From a bacterium (GTDB lineage: Bacteria > JADJOY01), in the NCBI GenBank assembly GCA_046331705.1, contig JAXLQJ010000060.1:1-41812 (forward strand): a stretch of 41,812 nt of DNA. Reading direction: 5' to 3'. This document shows positions 19,069 to 29,273 of this stretch, in pieces. How positions within the stretch are numbered: the first letter of the stretch is position 1; every line of letters starts with the position of its first letter. The notes beneath the pieces were generated by a model. The model was given only the letters and a program-made list of their open reading frames with translations, was not told the DNA's origin and searched no databases. A program made the position numbers and the translations under genes.

Positions 19069-19703
19069 GCGAACCGCGCGAGTCGCCGGCGCCGACGCTC
19101 GCGGCTGGACCGGACGGCCTGAGCGAGGCCGATCTCGCGCGGGTCGTGGCCGCGCTGCGCGTCGGCGAAGCGATCGCCTATCCGACCGAGACCTTCTACG
19201 GGCTCGGCGCACGGGCGCTCGACGCTGCGGCGGTCGCGCGCGTGCAAGCGATCAAGGGCCGCCCGGACGGCAAGCCGTTTCCGGTGTTGGTGGCGGACCT
19301 CGCGATGCTGGCGCGCGTGGCCGCGCGCATCCCGGGCGTGGCGAAACGGCTCATCGAACGCTACTGGCCGGGCGCGCTGACCGTCGTGTTGCCCGCGAAA
19401 CCGGGGCTGCCGGCGGGCGTGCTCGGGGAGGGTGGGACGATCGCGTGCCGCATCTCCTCGTCGGCGGTCGCGACGCAGATCGTGCGGGCCCTCGGCGAGC
19501 CGCTGGTCGCCACCAGCGCCAACCGCTCCGGCGAACCGTCACCACGCTCGGCCACGGACGCAGCGCTCGAGATCGGCCGCGGCGTGGCATTCATCGTCGA
19601 CGGCGGGAAGCTCGGCGGCGAGCTCGGCTCGACGATCGTCGACGGCACCGTCGACCCGCCGCGGATCCTGCGCGCGGGCGACCTCGACGTCGAGCTCTCG
19701 TGA
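19065..19703 (+). CDS. tsaC: L-threonylcarbamoyladenylate synthase (YrdC/Sua5 family)
   Basis: YPTETFYGLG, IKGRPDGKP, YWPGALT, ATSANRSG, STIVD, ILRAG; GTGA overlap with purE. Confidence 0.93.
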   Translation: MSEPRESPAPTLAAGPDGLSEADLARVVAALRVGEAIAYPTETFYGLGARALDAAAVARVQAIKGRPDGKPFPVLVADLAMLARVAARIPGVAKRLIERYWPGALTVVLPAKPGLPAGVLGEGGTIACRISSSAVATQIVRALGEPLVATSANRSGEPSPRSATDAALEIGRGVAFIVDGGKLGGELGSTIVDGTVDPPRILRAGDLDVELS

Positions 19704-19774
19704 GGCGGCGGGCTCGACGCGCCCGCCCGCCGCGACGACCTCCGCCCACCCGGAAGCACGCGCTTGCTACCGGG

Positions 19775-20305
19775 CTAGCTCGAGGCCGACGCCAGCGACT
19801 CGCGGGTGATCGCGAACAGATCGTGCTCGAGGCCGGCGTGCATCGCGGTGCCGACGCGCGCGAAGCCCAGTCGCCGCGCGACGCGCACCGAGCGGCCGTT
19901 GCCCGGCACGATCACCGCGACCACGCGATCGAACGAGCCCACGGCGAACGCCCGGGCCAGCGCCGCGCCGACCGCCTCCGTCGCGAGCCCCGCACCCCAC
20001 TGCGCGCGCGCCAGCATCCAGCCGACGTCGATCTCGCCCGGCGCGTACGGCGCCGGACGCAGCATGACGTTGCCGAGGACCTCGGCGGTCGCGACCCCCG
20101 TCACCGCGTACCACGCGAGGCCGGCGGTGAGCGACGCATTCTCGGCGACGATCTGATCGAGCAAGCGACGGCTCGCGTCGAGATCCTTGGTCGGTCCCCA
20201 CCACGCGACCTCGGGATCGCTCCAGATCGCGTGGAACTCCGACAGGTGCGCGGGCGTCCAGGGCCGCAGCACGAGCCGCTCGGTGCGGATGCTCGGGTCC
20301 GTCAT
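19775..20305 (-). CDS. GNAT N-acetyltransferase, RimJ/RimL type
   Basis: IRTERLVLRPW, WSDPEV, DVGWML...WGAGLATEA, N.RS.RVARRLGF. Confidence 0.9.
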   Translation of the reverse strand: MTDPSIRTERLVLRPWTPAHLSEFHAIWSDPEVAWWGPTKDLDASRRLLDQIVAENASLTAGLAWYAVTGVATAEVLGNVMLRPAPYAPGEIDVGWMLARAQWGAGLATEAVGAALARAFAVGSFDRVVAVIVPGNGRSVRVARRLGFARVGTAMHAGLEHDLFAITRESLASASS

Positions 20306-20415
20306 GGGACCGCCAACATATCCGTGGGCGCGATGGGTCGCGCAGGCGAAATCCCCTCCGCACGTTCTCCGGATCGACCCCACCGAAATCGCCCATCGTC
20401 GTCTAGAATCGGGCG

Positions 20416-21597
20416 ATGATGGCACGCCAACGGCGCTGCGCGCTCCTCACGGCCGCACTGGCGTGGACGTGCCTCGTGACGGGATGCGCGACCCTGCCCG
20501 GCGCGAACGGCGGCGCGACTGCCAGCGCGAACGCGCTCACCACGCGGCAGACGCGGCTCTGGCTCAACGACTACGTGCGGCGCTTCTCGGACGAGATCGC
20601 GCGCACCGCCGACGGAATCCAAGCGCGCGCCGCCGACGAGGCGGCGGTACGCGGCGCGCTCGCGTGGAAGCTCGGCGCCATTCCCGCGGCATACCGCGCC
20701 GGCACGCTCGAGGACGCGCAGGCCGCGCTCGGCGATCTGTGGGTGCTCAGCCTCCAGATGGAGGCCTTGTTCCGGGCCGAGCCCCCGCGCGATTCGCTGG
20801 GCAACGAACGCGCCGCCGCCGCGGCGTGCGCCAGCCGGTTGCGCGAGGAGTTCGAGGAGCTGGCGCGCCGCGTGTCGCCGACCGCGAAAGCCTTCGACGA
20901 GGCCCAGGGCTTGGTGCGCGATTTCGCCGCCCACGAGCCGCTCACGGACCTGACGTTCTCGCGCCGCTCGGTGGTGCCGAGCTACCTGGCAGCCCGGGCC
21001 GGTGAGAAGGCGGCGTTCTTTCAAGCCGTCGAGAACCTGGGCGACAACCTGTCGGCGATGCAGGAGATGATCGTGGCGTATGCCGCCCAGCTGCCCGCCA
21101 TGGTGCGCTGGCAGGCCGATCTCTTGCTCCTCGATCTGCCCCGAAATCAGCGCATCGGGCGCACGCTCGCGGATTTCGACGGCATGGACGATTCGCTGAA
21201 GCGCCTCGCGGCGGCGAGCGACCAGGCCACGGCGCTCGTCACCAGCCAGAGCCGGGAGCTCCTCGGCGTGTTCCGCGGCGAGCGCGACGCGACGTTCGCG
21301 GAGATCGAGGGGCTGCGAGCACGCAGCTTCGCGGCCCTCGACGCGCAGCGCGACGCGACCTTCGCGGAGATCGCCGCCGAGCGCCAGGCGACTCTCGACG
21401 CCCTGGACCGCCAGCGGCTCGCCGTTCGCGCCGACGTCGAAGCGCTCGCCCGGGAGGCCGTCGAGCGCAGCGTCCGCGAGGCGCGCGGCTTGATCGATCA
21501 CGCGTTCGTGCGGGCGCTCGAGCTCGTGGCCGCGCTCGCGGTCGCCGGCGTGGCGGTGGGGTTGGCATGGCGGCGCTGGCCGCGCCGCCGCGATTGA
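20416..21597 (+). CDS. Helical lipoprotein of unknown function with a C-terminal membrane helix
   Basis: Lipobox LVTGC; mostly helical; 11/22-residue repeats (ERDATFAEI, QRDATFAEI); C-terminal hydrophobic stretch followed by RRW. Confidence 0.8.
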   Translation: MMARQRRCALLTAALAWTCLVTGCATLPGANGGATASANALTTRQTRLWLNDYVRRFSDEIARTADGIQARAADEAAVRGALAWKLGAIPAAYRAGTLEDAQAALGDLWVLSLQMEALFRAEPPRDSLGNERAAAAACASRLREEFEELARRVSPTAKAFDEAQGLVRDFAAHEPLTDLTFSRRSVVPSYLAARAGEKAAFFQAVENLGDNLSAMQEMIVAYAAQLPAMVRWQADLLLLDLPRNQRIGRTLADFDGMDDSLKRLAAASDQATALVTSQSRELLGVFRGERDATFAEIEGLRARSFAALDAQRDATFAEIAAERQATLDALDRQRLAVRADVEALAREAVERSVREARGLIDHAFVRALELVAALAVAGVAVGLAWRRWPRRRD

Positions 21598-21642
21598 CGC
21601 GAATCGACCGCTCGTCCTAGAAAACCGCGTCAGGAGGATCCC

Positions 21643-22221
21643 ATGAAACCGCAATCACCCATCGCTCGGCCCCTTCTCGTCGCGTTGCTCGTCGCCGCGC
21701 CGGCGTTCGCTGGCGAAGGCGCGCACCACGCGCCCAAGCTCAACCCCGCGTTCGACCAGCTCAAGACGCTGGTCGGCGAATGGGAAGCCGGCGACGACGG
21801 GGGCGCCAAGATGCGCGAGGAGATCACGCTCACCGCGGGCGGCTCGGTGCTCATGGAGAGCATGTTCCCAGGCACGCCGCACGCGATGATCACGATGTAC
21901 AGCCCGGACGGGAAGCAGCTCGTCGCCACCCACTACTGCGCCGCGGGCAACCAGCCGCGCATGCGCTCGAAGGGCTTCGGAGCCGACGGCAAGACCGCGG
22001 TCTTCACGTTCGTCGACGCCACCAACCTGGCGAGCCCGAAGGAAAGCCACATGCACAAGGTCGAGGTGAAGCTGATCGACGCCGATCACTTCGACGCGAC
22101 GTGGACCAGCAAGGGCGAGCCCGAGAGCCCCCCGATGACGTTCCACTGGAGCCGCGTGAAGAGCGCCGCGCCTGCCCCGGCACCCGAGCCTCCCGCGCCT
22201 GCCGCGCCCGCTACGCCGTAA
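21643..22221 (+). CDS. Secreted hypothetical protein (beta-barrel-like, THYC motif)
   Basis: AGGAGG RBS; signal ending AFA; FDQLKTLVGEW, MITMY..DG, THYCAAGNQPRM; Pro/Ala tail. Confidence 0.85.
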   Translation: MKPQSPIARPLLVALLVAAPAFAGEGAHHAPKLNPAFDQLKTLVGEWEAGDDGGAKMREEITLTAGGSVLMESMFPGTPHAMITMYSPDGKQLVATHYCAAGNQPRMRSKGFGADGKTAVFTFVDATNLASPKESHMHKVEVKLIDADHFDATWTSKGEPESPPMTFHWSRVKSAAPAPAPEPPAPAAPATP

Positions 22222-22442
22222 GCGCCGCCCGGTCGCGACCGGGGACCGCGGACGGCGGCGCGCGTCGCACGCGTCGGCGTCCCCGTGCGACGCACCTCGC
22301 GCGCGCTCGCACCGAAGAGTTGCCCGCGACGATCGCCCGCAACTCCCCTTCCGGTCGCACGTTGCTCGGACCTCCGCGGCGTGCTACCTCCGCCGATCCG
22401 CCGCGGGCGCCCCGCCCCGGCGTTCCCATCCGAGGCGAGGCC

Positions 22443-23780
22443 ATGGCGACGGTTCGAGCGTTCCGCGGAGTTCTCTACGATCCCAAGCGTGTCGGCGGTG
22501 ACCTCTCCAAGGTGGTCGCACCGCCCTACGACGTCATCAACGAGGACGAGCGGCGCGAGCTGCACCAGCGCCATCCGCGGAACTTCGTGCGCCTCATCCT
22601 GGGCGAGGACAAGCCCGGCGACAGTGACGCCGAGAACCGCTACACCCGCGCCGGCGGCTACCTGCGCGACTGGCTCGCGGACGGCACCTTCGTCCGCGAT
22701 GGCGCGCCATCGCTCTACTTCTATCGCCAGAGCTACCGCTTTCCCTGGGAGCAGCACGACCGCGACCGCGACGGCGTGATCGCCGGCGTGCGCCTGGAAG
22801 CGCTCGACGCCGGCATCATCCTGCCCCACGAGCGTACGCTCGACGCGCCCAAGGCCGACCGGCTGCTCCTCACGGAAGCGACCGGCGCCAACCTGAGCCC
22901 CGTGTTCGGGCTCTTCTCCGATGCCGACGGCAGCATCCTGAGCCCCATCCGCGCATTGACCGCGACGCCGCCGCGCCTCGACGGCACCGATCCCGCCGGC
23001 GTGCGTCATCGACTGTGGACGGTCTCGGATCCCACGCTCGTCGCGGTCTTCTCCCGCGCGCTGGCCGACCGCCAGATCTTCATCGCCGACGGCCACCACC
23101 GCTACTCGACCGCACTCAATTTCCGCAACCGCGCGCGCCAGCAGTTCCCGGACGCCGGCGAGCGCGCGACCTTCGAGCACGTGCTCATGTACCTGATGGC
23201 CATCGAGGATCCGGGACTGGTGATCCTGCCGATCCACCGGGTGCTCCACGGGCTACCGGGCTTCGACGCCACCGCCTTTCTCGCGGGCGTGACGTCGCGT
23301 CTGCCCGTGGTTCGCGAGGTCGCCGATGCGCGCGCGGCGCGCGCCGCGCTGGATGCCGAGCCCGCCGACGCGCGTCGTGTGGCGCTGGTCGTGCGCGGTC
23401 GGCCCGGCGCGACGATCCTCGACCTCGCCGGACGACCGGGACTGGGCGAAGCTCCGCCGCACATCCCCGCCGTGCTCTGGGACCTCGACCTGCGCCGCAT
23501 CCATCATTGGATCGTCGAGGAGGTCGCGGGCATCGACACGGCCGCGCAAGCGCGGAAGGAGCACCTCCACTTCCTCACCGACGAGGTCGAGGCCGAGCGC
23601 GAGGTGCGGAGCGGTGCTGGCGACGTGGCGATCCTGGTTCGCCCCACCAAGATCCAGCAGGTCACCGCGGTGGCGTCGGCCCGCGAGGTGATGCCCCAGA
23701 AGTCGACCTTCTTCTACCCGAAGCTCGCCTCCGGAATGGTCATCCATCCGTTGATCCCTCCCGAGCCCTTGGTGCCATGA
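22443..23780 (+). CDS. DUF1015 family protein
   Basis: VRAFRG..Y, VAPPYDVI, ILPHERT, NLSPVFGLF, FIADGHHRY.TA, ILPIHR, MPQKSTFFYPKL.SG. Confidence 0.93.
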   Translation: MATVRAFRGVLYDPKRVGGDLSKVVAPPYDVINEDERRELHQRHPRNFVRLILGEDKPGDSDAENRYTRAGGYLRDWLADGTFVRDGAPSLYFYRQSYRFPWEQHDRDRDGVIAGVRLEALDAGIILPHERTLDAPKADRLLLTEATGANLSPVFGLFSDADGSILSPIRALTATPPRLDGTDPAGVRHRLWTVSDPTLVAVFSRALADRQIFIADGHHRYSTALNFRNRARQQFPDAGERATFEHVLMYLMAIEDPGLVILPIHRVLHGLPGFDATAFLAGVTSRLPVVREVADARAARAALDAEPADARRVALVVRGRPGATILDLAGRPGLGEAPPHIPAVLWDLDLRRIHHWIVEEVAGIDTAAQARKEHLHFLTDEVEAEREVRSGAGDVAILVRPTKIQQVTAVASAREVMPQKSTFFYPKLASGMVIHPLIPPEPLVP

Positions 23781-23863
23781 GCTGCGGCCGCCGGGCTCGT
23801 CTCGCCCTCCGCGCTCCCTCGATCGCCGCTCCGAGCCACACGCGGTAGTGCCACGCGAACGCC

Positions 23864-26071
<2,208 letters not shown>

Positions 26072-26090
26072 GCGACGGCGCGCGCGCCAC

Positions 26091-27596
26091 TCACGCGCGC
26101 GGCGCCTTGCCCCAACGGTTGGCGATCGCGAGGCGGCGCATCTTCTTCTGCAGGCCCACCCGGCTCAGCCCGAGCGCCATCGCCGTGCGGGTCACGTTTC
26201 CCGCTTGGCGTTCGAGCTCGCGCTCGATCATCGCGCGGTCCAGATCGTCGTGGGCCTCGGCGCGCGCACCCCGGCTCGCCGCGCTCGCCTCGGCGGCGGC
26301 GGCATCCAGGTCGTCGAGCGACGCACCCGACTGAGCGACGATGCGCTCCTCCAGGTGATCGAGGTCGATCGCCGCGCCCGGTCCGGCGAGCACGCACGCG
26401 TGCTCCAGCGTGTTCTCGAGCTCGCGCACGTTGCCGGGGAAGGAGTACGCCTGCAGCACCGCCAACGCCTCGGGCGTGATCTCGCATCGATCCTTGCGGC
26501 GCTTCTTGGCGATCCGGTCGAGGAGATGATCGACCAGCGCCGGGATGTCGTCGCGACGATCGCGCAGCGGCGGCAGCTCGATCGGGAACACGTGGATGCG
26601 GAAGTAGAGGTCACGCCGGAAGCGGCCGGCTTCCACCTCGACGTTGAGGTCACGATTGGTGGCGGTGATGATCCGCACGTCCACCGGGATCTCGTCGGTG
26701 CTGCCGACGGGCCGGATTCGGCGCTCCTGGAGCGCGCGCAATAGCTTCACCTGCATCGCCGCGCTCATCTCCGCCACCTCGTCGAGAAAGAGCGTGCCGC
26801 CGTTGGCTTCCTCGAAGAGCCCGCGCCGATCCGTCTGCGCGCCCGTGAAAGCCCCCTTGCGGTAACCGAAGAGCGCGCTCTCGAGCAGGTTTTCGGGGAA
26901 CTCGGCGCAGTTGACCGCCACGAAGCGGCCCTCGGCGCGGGGGCTCGCGTCGTGCACCAGCCGCGCCACCAGCTCCTTGCCGGTGCCCGACTCGCCCGTG
27001 AGCAGCACCGAGGTCGCATCCCATTCGGCGACCCGCATGGCGCGCTCGAGGGCCCGCTTCACGCGCGGGCTCTTGCCGACGAACTCCTCGAGCCTCCAGC
27101 GCTCGCGGACCTCGGTCTTCAACTGGCGGTTCTCGACGCGCAAGCGGTCGTAGGCCGCCGTCAGCTTGCGATTGGCCTCGCTCAGCTCGGCCGCCAGCCG
27201 CCGGTTCTCGAGCGCCGCGCGCCGATGCTCGAGCGCGCGCTCGACCCGCTGCCGCAGGTCGAAGGGATCCCAGGGTTTGGTCAGGTAGTAGTAGATGTGG
27301 CCGTCGTTGATCGCCGAGACCACCGCGCCCATGTCGGAGTAGCCGGTGAGCAGGATGCGCATCGTGTCGGGGTGCTCGAGATTGATGCGTCCCAGAAGCT
27401 CGACACCGGTCATCCCCGGCATGCGTTGGTCGGCGATCACCAGCGCCACCGGCTCGCTGGCGAGGACTTCGAGCGCCTGGACGCCGCCGCTCGCGCGGTG
27501 CACGACGTAGCTCTGCTCGAGCGCCAGCTCCAGCGCGTCGAGCCCGAGCGCTTCGTCGTCGACGATCAGGATCGAGTTGTCAGGCGGATTCGACAC
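26091..27596 (-). CDS. Sigma54-dependent NtrC-family response regulator (REC, AAA+, Fis HTH)
   Basis: LIVDDE, DQRMP; GESGTGKE, GAFTGA, LFLDEV, ATNR, FRRDLYFR, FPGNVREL; C-terminal GNVTRTAMALGLSR. Confidence 0.96.
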   Translation of the reverse strand: MSNPPDNSILIVDDEALGLDALELALEQSYVVHRASGGVQALEVLASEPVALVIADQRMPGMTGVELLGRINLEHPDTMRILLTGYSDMGAVVSAINDGHIYYYLTKPWDPFDLRQRVERALEHRRAALENRRLAAELSEANRKLTAAYDRLRVENRQLKTEVRERWRLEEFVGKSPRVKRALERAMRVAEWDATSVLLTGESGTGKELVARLVHDASPRAEGRFVAVNCAEFPENLLESALFGYRKGAFTGAQTDRRGLFEEANGGTLFLDEVAEMSAAMQVKLLRALQERRIRPVGSTDEIPVDVRIITATNRDLNVEVEAGRFRRDLYFRIHVFPIELPPLRDRRDDIPALVDHLLDRIAKKRRKDRCEITPEALAVLQAYSFPGNVRELENTLEHACVLAGPGAAIDLDHLEERIVAQSGASLDDLDAAAAEASAASRGARAEAHDDLDRAMIERELERQAGNVTRTAMALGLSRVGLQKKMRRLAIANRWGKAPRA

Positions 27597-28896
27597 GGGG
27601 CTTCCCTCGACTCGGCGCGGCGGTGAGCGGCAACACCACTCGGAACTCGGCGCCGCCGTCCGGATGGTTGCGCGCTTCGATCACGCCGCCGTGATAGCGG
27701 ACGATGCCGTAGCTGACGGAGAGGCCGAGGCCAGTGCCCTGCCCCGGCGGCTTGGTGGTGAAGAAAGGCTCGAAGAGACGGGCCGCGGCGTCGTCGGGAA
27801 AGCCGGGGCCGCTGTCGCGAACCACGGCCTCCACCCACGGCCCCGCCACCTCGCGCTGCAGACCGCGCGGCGGATCGGTGCGCTCGCGTGTGCTGAGCCA
27901 GATGTGGCCGCGCTCGCCGACGGCGTCGAGGGCATTCGCCAGCAGGTTCACGAACACTTGGTTGATCTCGCCGCCGCGCCCCAGGACTCGCGGCAAGCGC
28001 GCGTAGTCGCGGTGCACCTCGACCCCCTCACCGATGCGATGGCTCACGAAGGTAACCGCCGCCTCCAGATTCTCCACGAGATCGATGGTGTGCAGGGTGG
28101 CCTCGCCGGGTCGCGCGAAGCGGCGCAGCCGCTCGATGATCTCGCGGGTGCGCTCGGTGCCGACGCGACAGCCGTCGAGCAGCCGATCCACGCGCCGCGC
28201 CAGGCGCTCGATCTCGGCCAGCGTCTCGGCGCGCGCGGCGGCGTCGCGGATGCGCTCGGCCTGCGTGCGTGCCACCGTCTCCAGCGCCTCGAGCGCCTCG
28301 CCGAGAACGCGCACGTTCGAGTACACGAAGCCCATCGGGTTGTTGATCTCGTGGGCGACCCCCGCGACCATCTCGCCCAGCGCCGCCATCTTGCCGGCGT
28401 GGACGAGCTGGTGCTGCGCCTCCTCCAGATCGGCCTTGGCGCGCCCGAGCGCCGCGTTGCTCTCGGCCAAGCTCGCGTTGCGCCGTTCCAGCTCGTCGAG
28501 GGTGGCGCGATTGGCGAGCCGCAGCCGGCGATGCTGCAGCGCGCGTCCGATCGCGATCAGCACCCGATCGAGCGGCACCAGCGGTTTCTCGATGAAGTCG
28601 TAGGCCCCCAGCCGGACCGCGGCGATCAGGTCGGGCATCGTCCCCTGACCCGAGACGATGATGCACGGCACGTCGGGCCATTGCCGTCCCACGCGCTCGA
28701 GCAGCTCGAGCCCCGACATGCGGGCCATGCGCAGATCGGTGAGCACCACGTCGATGGCCTCGGCGCCCAGCACCGCGAGCGCCTCGACGCCGTCGGCCGC
28801 GCCGCGCACCGCGAATCCCTCGTCCGTCAGGTAGTCGACGAGCGCCTCGCGGTTGGCCGCCTCGTCCTCGACGACCAGCACGTGCGCCGGCGTCAC
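27580..28896 (-). CDS. Cytoplasmic REC-histidine kinase hybrid (NtrB type)
   Basis: GTG 28896 overlaps the upstream stop; REC (VVEDE, TDLRM, EKP), coiled coil, AGVAHEINNP, QVFVNLLANA, DSGPG, FEPFFTTK, GTGLGLS. Confidence 0.92.
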   Translation of the reverse strand: MTPAHVLVVEDEAANREALVDYLTDEGFAVRGAADGVEALAVLGAEAIDVVLTDLRMARMSGLELLERVGRQWPDVPCIIVSGQGTMPDLIAAVRLGAYDFIEKPLVPLDRVLIAIGRALQHRRLRLANRATLDELERRNASLAESNAALGRAKADLEEAQHQLVHAGKMAALGEMVAGVAHEINNPMGFVYSNVRVLGEALEALETVARTQAERIRDAAARAETLAEIERLARRVDRLLDGCRVGTERTREIIERLRRFARPGEATLHTIDLVENLEAAVTFVSHRIGEGVEVHRDYARLPRVLGRGGEINQVFVNLLANALDAVGERGHIWLSTRERTDPPRGLQREVAGPWVEAVVRDSGPGFPDDAAARLFEPFFTTKPPGQGTGLGLSVSYGIVRYHGGVIEARNHPDGGAEFRVVLPLTAAPSRGKPRVESA

Positions 28897-29273
28897 GTCG
28901 AGCCCTCGCCCAGCAAGCGCCGCACCTTCTGCGCCAGCGTCCCGAGCTCGTACGGCTTGACCAGCGTGTCCTCGGGACCGATCCCGATCGCACGCAGCGA
29001 TCGGCCGGGCACGAAGTCGGGAGAGCCGGTGATGATGAGCAGCTTGGTGTCGGGAGCCAGCGCGCGCAGCTCGAGCGCGAGCTCCGTGCCGCTCATCCCG
29101 GGCATGCGCAGATCCAGGATGCAAAGCCCGAAGCGCTCGGCGCGCGCCAGCTCGATGGCCTCGGGTCCACCTGCCGCCGACACCACGCGGTACCCCTCGT
29201 CCTCGAGGAAATCGACCACCGCGTCGCGCACCGGTCGCTCGTCGTCCACCACCAGGATCCGCGTCTCGCTCAT
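28893..29273 (-). CDS. Single-domain response regulator (REC only)
   Basis: MSETRILVVDDE, CILDLRMPGMSG, IITG, VKPY; ATGA overlap with the kinase stop. Confidence 0.92.
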   Translation of the reverse strand: MSETRILVVDDERPVRDAVVDFLEDEGYRVVSAAGGPEAIELARAERFGLCILDLRMPGMSGTELALELRALAPDTKLLIITGSPDFVPGRSLRAIGIGPEDTLVKPYELGTLAQKVRRLLGEGST

